DNA of 64,000 bases from Candidatus Levyibacteriota bacterium. GTDB taxonomy: Bacteria > Patescibacteriota > Microgenomatia > Levybacterales > UBA12049. The position numbers and the translations under genes were made by a program. The notes beneath the pieces are model-generated. The model had not been told where the DNA came from and searched no databases. It worked only from the letters and a program-made list of their open reading frames with translations. Positions 59,987 to 64,000 of this stretch are shown here, one piece after another (positions within the stretch are counted from its first letter, which is position 1; the number at the start of each line of letters is the position of its first letter). The stretch lies in assembly GCA_029260965.1 (NCBI GenBank), contig JAJDCG010000002.1:124707-188706 (forward strand), given 5' to 3'.

Positions 59987-60502
59987 TTACTTCAAATAAT
60001 TTTCCCCTCTCGGTTCTTGGATTTGTTTGGAAAGATAATTTGTATCTACTCCAAACCAAGCTTTTTTGAATTTGCCAATATGTGTAAAGCCCAGTTTTTC
60101 ATAATATGTAATGTTCCTGTCATCTGATACGAGATATAAAGCATGAACTCCTTGCTTTTTCATTTCCTCCTCCCATTCTTTGAGAAGTTTTTTTCCTATT
60201 CCCCTTTTCTGCATGTCTGGATCAACTATCAACCATGAACAAAAGCTAAGACCTGTATTTGGGGGCGCGGCATCAAGCATGCCGGTTATTTTGTTATTTA
60301 CAAATGCGCCTATCAAAAACCTGGTTTGTTTTTTAATTTTCTCTCTATAGTTTTCTTTTGTATAGGCGTTTTTATTGGCTAGTAGATAGTTAACCATTTT
60401 TTCATCATATTCGGGGAATTGAGTTCTCACCCAGTTTGAAAAAAGCGTATAAAAATCATCAAGATCCTCAAGTTTTATTTTCCGTATTTTTACATCTTCC
60501 AT
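59987..60502 (-). CDS. GNAT-family N-acetyltransferase
   Basis: Acetyl-CoA binding motif A (QKRGIGKKLL). Confidence 0.75.
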   Translation of the reverse strand: MEDVKIRKIKLEDLDDFYTLFSNWVRTQFPEYDEKMVNYLLANKNAYTKENYREKIKKQTRFLIGAFVNNKITGMLDAAPPNTGLSFCSWLIVDPDMQKRGIGKKLLKEWEEEMKKQGVHALYLVSDDRNITYYEKLGFTHIGKFKKAWFGVDTNYLSKQIQEPRGENYLK

Positions 60503-60554
60503 AGTTGGAGTATAGCAAATTGGCTTTGAGATGTGGTAATTTATGCGTTTGGTT

Positions 60555-61028
60555 TTATTTCTTTAATCCAAAGTCTTTTTTTCTTTTAGGTTTGCCATAG
60601 TTGTAGTTTACTGTAATTTCTTCGTCTTTTTCTATGTTTTTGAGAGCAATAAACTCAATTGTCTGGTTTTTAATTTTTTTCTTGTAAGTTGCATTGGGAG
60701 CGTAAGAGTGGTTGAAAAATGATCCATAGCCAAAACAAATTGCAGAAGTGGATTTGCCCCACAAGAAATAATAATTTCTGAGGATTGTTTTCTTTACCTG
60801 AGGATAGTCCTTCCTCGGAAGTACCAACACAGGGCATGTTTCTATGATTTCGTTTTCTTTAATAGATACTGACGTAAATACGCCTCTCCCCGCTTCTGGT
60901 ACTTGAGAATTTGCAATGTATAAATTTTTTGGTGATTTGATTTTAGTCATAGTTTGCCGAGCGTATTGGTCAAGAACCATTTTATCAGTATAACTTAATA
61001 AGTCCATATGTCTCCTTTGTAAAGCCAT
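60555..61028 (-). CDS. SET-domain protein (putative lysine methyltransferase)
   Basis: GxG...YG core plus FFNHSYAPN, which matches the SET NHSCxPN signature, plus a post-SET segment. Confidence 0.75.
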   Translation of the reverse strand: MALQRRHMDLLSYTDKMVLDQYARQTMTKIKSPKNLYIANSQVPEAGRGVFTSVSIKENEIIETCPVLVLPRKDYPQVKKTILRNYYFLWGKSTSAICFGYGSFFNHSYAPNATYKKKIKNQTIEFIALKNIEKDEEITVNYNYGKPKRKKDFGLKK

Positions 61029-62242
61029 TCCGGAATTTTTTTTCTGTCTGCTTTTGGGTGGTTTTGAAGAATGAGGCGCAAAAATCTTAATGCTGTATAA
61101 GCTTCTATTAAAAGATTTCGTTGTTTTTTGAAGTATCTCATGTCGAATTTATCTTCTTGAATTGTATGAGCTGGCTTTTGTCTGAGTTTACGAATTTTTT
61201 TTAATGTAATAAACAGATCATCCATGGGTTTGATATATTTAGGTTTAAACCAACCTCTAATATATTCTTCAAGCATTTGTATGCTTCCTTTTGTCTTAAT
61301 AACAACTTTTCCATCTTCACGGGAGTTCTCGGTTGTGGGAGATACTAACCCTTTAAAAAATTTCACATTAATATTTTCACTTATAAGTTTATCAAGTACG
61401 TGAATGAACTCATCAAATTCCTTAGCGGTTGGTTTAATGAGAAACGCAAGCTCTTTGGGTCTATCTTTTTCCCAATAGTCATTTTTAAATAACTTTTTCT
61501 CGTAAGCATCCATGGCAATTTCATTTATGGTTTTAAGTTCACCAGTAAATGCTTCTTGTAAGGACGCTTTTTCTGGCCATTGTCCATATACTTGCGACAT
61601 GATGAAGTCTGGATGAGGTTTATAAGTTCCTTTTACTTCGTATTGCTTCCAGTACATTTGTTGATTTTTGCTTAGATCCATAAGGTCTGTGTAAAAAATA
61701 CAAACTGCCCTGTTCATATTTTTATCGTAAGCAAAGCCAACAGATTTAATGTAGATGTCATTATTTTTACCTAACCCTTTTATGTCATAATTATAGATTG
61801 CGCCAACAATGTCATTGATTTTGTAAAAAAACCGTGGGTCGTTTCTAAATTTTTCTAAGACTTCTAGCTTGAAATACGCACAGTCTAAACTTGGTCTTCC
61901 TTTCGCAACTATCATGCGATAAGGTTTTCCAATATATTTTTGTGGTTTAACTGCTTTTAATAGCTTTGGGCCTTCGGGGTATGCCACGACATGGGTTATG
62001 TCCTTTTTATTTTTTAAGTGGAGTATTTGCTTTTCCGTATCCCAAGGTTTTAAACATTTAACATGTGGATTAGGATGTTGCTCCTCAAATACCAAAGAGA
62101 TATCTCCCTCCTGTATTAATTCAGACAGTTTTTCTTTTAATTTCGTCAGCGGCAACTCGAATACTCTTATGGGCAACCCATTAAAATCCCTAGAGGTAAG
62201 ATAGTATTCTGTTATTTGCTTGAGAATTTCATCGTTTGACAT
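60995..62242 (-). CDS. hypothetical 415-aa protein overlapping the SET gene start (operonic); possible HEPN-like Rx4H near the C-terminus
   Basis: ORF; C-terminal ...KLRQKPAHT... contains R-x4-H. Confidence 0.5.
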   Translation of the reverse strand: MSNDEILKQITEYYLTSRDFNGLPIRVFELPLTKLKEKLSELIQEGDISLVFEEQHPNPHVKCLKPWDTEKQILHLKNKKDITHVVAYPEGPKLLKAVKPQKYIGKPYRMIVAKGRPSLDCAYFKLEVLEKFRNDPRFFYKINDIVGAIYNYDIKGLGKNNDIYIKSVGFAYDKNMNRAVCIFYTDLMDLSKNQQMYWKQYEVKGTYKPHPDFIMSQVYGQWPEKASLQEAFTGELKTINEIAMDAYEKKLFKNDYWEKDRPKELAFLIKPTAKEFDEFIHVLDKLISENINVKFFKGLVSPTTENSREDGKVVIKTKGSIQMLEEYIRGWFKPKYIKPMDDLFITLKKIRKLRQKPAHTIQEDKFDMRYFKKQRNLLIEAYTALRFLRLILQNHPKADRKKIPEWLYKGDIWTY

Positions 62243-62321
62243 ATTACTGCACGTGCATGTTGCCCAGCTAGGATCCTTGTTTAGCGGGACAAGTTGAACC
62301 TTGCAATATTCGTGTCCATTG

Positions 62322-62392
62322 CTACCGAGCCTGGATTCGAACCAGAATAAACAGCTCCAAAGGCTGTTGTCCTACCGTTAGACGACTCGGTA
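62322..62392 (-). tRNA. tRNA-Gln (anticodon TTG), U1-A72 acceptor pair
   Basis: Reverse complement TACCGAGTCGTCTAACGGTAGGACA ACAGC-CTTTGGA-GCTGT ...TCTGGTTCGAATCCAGG CTCGGTAG. Confidence 0.8.
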
Positions 62393-62452
62393 ATAAATTT
62401 TATTTTACTAAACTTGGAGCTTAAATGCTAATGTAATGGTACAATACAGATA

Positions 62453-63409
62453 ATGTTTGTAGATGAAGTAACTCTCACAGTAAAGGCCGGCAAGGGTGGA
62501 GATGGTTCGCCTTCACTTCTCAGGAATGGCATGACTGCCAGGGGCGGTCCCGATGGTGGCAATGGTGGCGATGGGGGAAGTATATATTTTCGAGGTTCAA
62601 ATAACTTGCGTGATTTGAGAGAGTTTAATTTCAAAAAGAAAATCACCGCTTTAGATGGAAAAAAGGGTGCCAAGAACAAGCTTCATGGGAAGAATGCTGA
62701 TGACTTAACAGTATTTTTACCTCTTGGAACACGAATTACTGATCTTCAAACTGAAAAGGTTTACGAAATAGTGGATGATGCACCTTTGCTTTTTGCTCGT
62801 GGTGGACAGGGAGGCCGAGGTAATATAGAATTCAAAACTTCGACAAATCAAGCACCAGCTTATGCAGAGCATGGTAAGGGTGGGCAGGAGAAGAAGATAA
62901 AACTTGAACTACGGATAATCGCTGACATAGGTTTAATTGGTTTACCAAATGCAGGGAAAAGTAGCCTGCTCTCTGTCTTGACACATGCGACACCCAAAAT
63001 TGGTAATTACCCATTCACAACGCTTGAGCCAAATATTGGCATGATGGGATCTGTACCGATTGCTGATATACCAGGCCTGATTGAAGGCGCAGCTGATGGT
63101 CGTGGATTGGGTGCAGCCTTTCTTAAGCATATTGAAAAGACAAAAATACTGGTTCATTGCATAGAGTTGACTGACGGAGATGCACAAGAGAAATACCAGA
63201 CTGTTAGAGCAGAGTTTGAGAGTTTTAATATAGAGCTTCTTGAAAAGCCTGAGATTGTACTGTTGACAAAAATAGATTTGGTGGATGATAAAACAGTGCA
63301 AAAAAACAAAAAGCTTTTTGAAAAAAAGGGAAAAAAAGTTTTGACCTGTTCGCTTCTTGATGACAAATCCATTAAGGATTTGCAAAAAGAGTTAGCAGAT
63401 CTGATATAA
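62453..63409 (+). CDS. obg: GTPase Obg/CgtA
   Basis: Gly-rich Obg fold N-terminus (MFVDEVTLTVKAGKGGDG...), then G1 GLPNAGKSS, G3 (DIPG) and G4 (TKID). Confidence 0.9.
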   Translation: MFVDEVTLTVKAGKGGDGSPSLLRNGMTARGGPDGGNGGDGGSIYFRGSNNLRDLREFNFKKKITALDGKKGAKNKLHGKNADDLTVFLPLGTRITDLQTEKVYEIVDDAPLLFARGGQGGRGNIEFKTSTNQAPAYAEHGKGGQEKKIKLELRIIADIGLIGLPNAGKSSLLSVLTHATPKIGNYPFTTLEPNIGMMGSVPIADIPGLIEGAADGRGLGAAFLKHIEKTKILVHCIELTDGDAQEKYQTVRAEFESFNIELLEKPEIVLLTKIDLVDDKTVQKNKKLFEKKGKKVLTCSLLDDKSIKDLQKELADLI

Positions 63410-63416
63410 TATCATT

Positions 63417-63866
63417 ATGAATAAATTCTTGAAATTTTTGGCAGCAATAGTTATTTGCCAAGGAGCAGGGATTTTGGGTTCGTTTTTTACAATCAACTCT
63501 GTTAACACATGGTACGCAACGCTTGAAAAACCGATCTTTAATCCCCCATCCTGGGTATTTGGTCCTGTTTGGATAACTCTTTATTTTTTGATGGGAGTTT
63601 CTCTCTTTCTTGCCTGGGACAAGAAGATAAATCTCAGATGGTTTTGGACACAGCTCGTGTTAAATAGCCTTTGGAGCATCATTTTTTTTGGACTTCAGAA
63701 TCCTACGCTTGCACTGGCAAACATCATACTTCTTTGGGTTGCGATTTTTATGACAATAAAGACTTTCTGGAAAAAGAACAGGACTGCATCTCTTCTGTTA
63801 TATCCATATCTTCTTTGGGTTACTTATGCTAGTTTTTTAAATCTTTACATCGTAATCCTAAATTAA
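63417..63866 (+). CDS. tspO: TspO/MBR tryptophan-rich sensory protein
   Basis: Five TM segments, with the W-rich WYATLEKPIFNPPSWVFGPVW signature. Confidence 0.8.
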   Translation: MNKFLKFLAAIVICQGAGILGSFFTINSVNTWYATLEKPIFNPPSWVFGPVWITLYFLMGVSLFLAWDKKINLRWFWTQLVLNSLWSIIFFGLQNPTLALANIILLWVAIFMTIKTFWKKNRTASLLLYPYLLWVTYASFLNLYIVILN

Positions 63867-63902
63867 AACAGTGGATAAAGTACATAAATCAAGGCAGGTG
63901 CG

Positions 63903-64000
63903 AATGTTTTTTAGGAAAAAAAGAAAGATTTTTATTTTTCTCCTTGTTTTCATACCAATTGTTCTTTATATTTTTTCAATCATGACGTCTTCTAGGATTA
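63903..64000 (+). CDS. 5' end of an ORF running off the window (N-terminal TM or signal)
   Basis: ATG at 63903; the open frame continues to the window end. Confidence 0.2.

Noticed and set aside
59893-62419. 12-bp direct repeat TAAACTTGGAGC at 59893 and 62408 bracketing the GNAT/SET/415-aa/tRNA-Gln block, considered as possible att sites
   Set aside because: Chance 12-mer repeats are expected many times in 64 kb of AT-rich DNA. The repeat is not part of the tRNA 3' end and no integrase is present, so it is not credible as att sites without comparative evidence.
62428-63385. Minus-strand ORFs 62428..62679, 62832..63014, 62942..63385 and 63154..63372
   Set aside because: They are antisense to the strongly supported obg gene. 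Pro-rich or low-complexity translations.

Overview
This is an AT-rich bacterial chromosome segment, roughly mid-30s % GC judged by eye. Core housekeeping genes (gyrB, rarA, holB, the rpsP-trmD block, rnc, nusB, rpmF, recG, tyrS, a class A PBP, the thrS-infC-rpmI-rplT-pheST block, tig, sodA, obg, tspO) alternate with accessory regions. The largest single system is a complete type IV pilus locus (pilB-pilT-pilC, then two tandem major pilins, pilD, five or six minor pilins, pilM/N/O) with no secretin. Nine tRNA genes are present. Several traits point to a small-genome, monoderm, possibly Patescibacteria/CPR-like organism: a ThrRS lacking the N-terminal editing domain, a trigger factor lacking the PPIase domain, and many promoters of the form TTGACA-N16/17-TGnTATAAT placed only a few nt before the start codon. 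This lineage call is an inference, not established. The accessory content judged most worth a second look: (1) between gyrB and rarA, an IS1595-family transposase, a long non-coding stretch, a self-inhibited Fic protein, three tandem mosaic paralogous small genes each carrying a near-identical promoter copy, and a patatin phospholipase; (2) a WhiB-like 4-Cys gene with no in-frame start codon, and elsewhere an Rpf-type LysM lytic transglycosylase, both families classically actinobacterial; (3) a roughly 5.7 kb, higher-GC integrative element whose large serine recombinase gene overlaps the 3' end of tRNA-Val and which carries an uncharacterised 494-aa protein; (4) a SET-domain gene overlapping a 415-aa unknown protein next to tRNA-Gln. 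No CRISPR array and no rRNA were seen.
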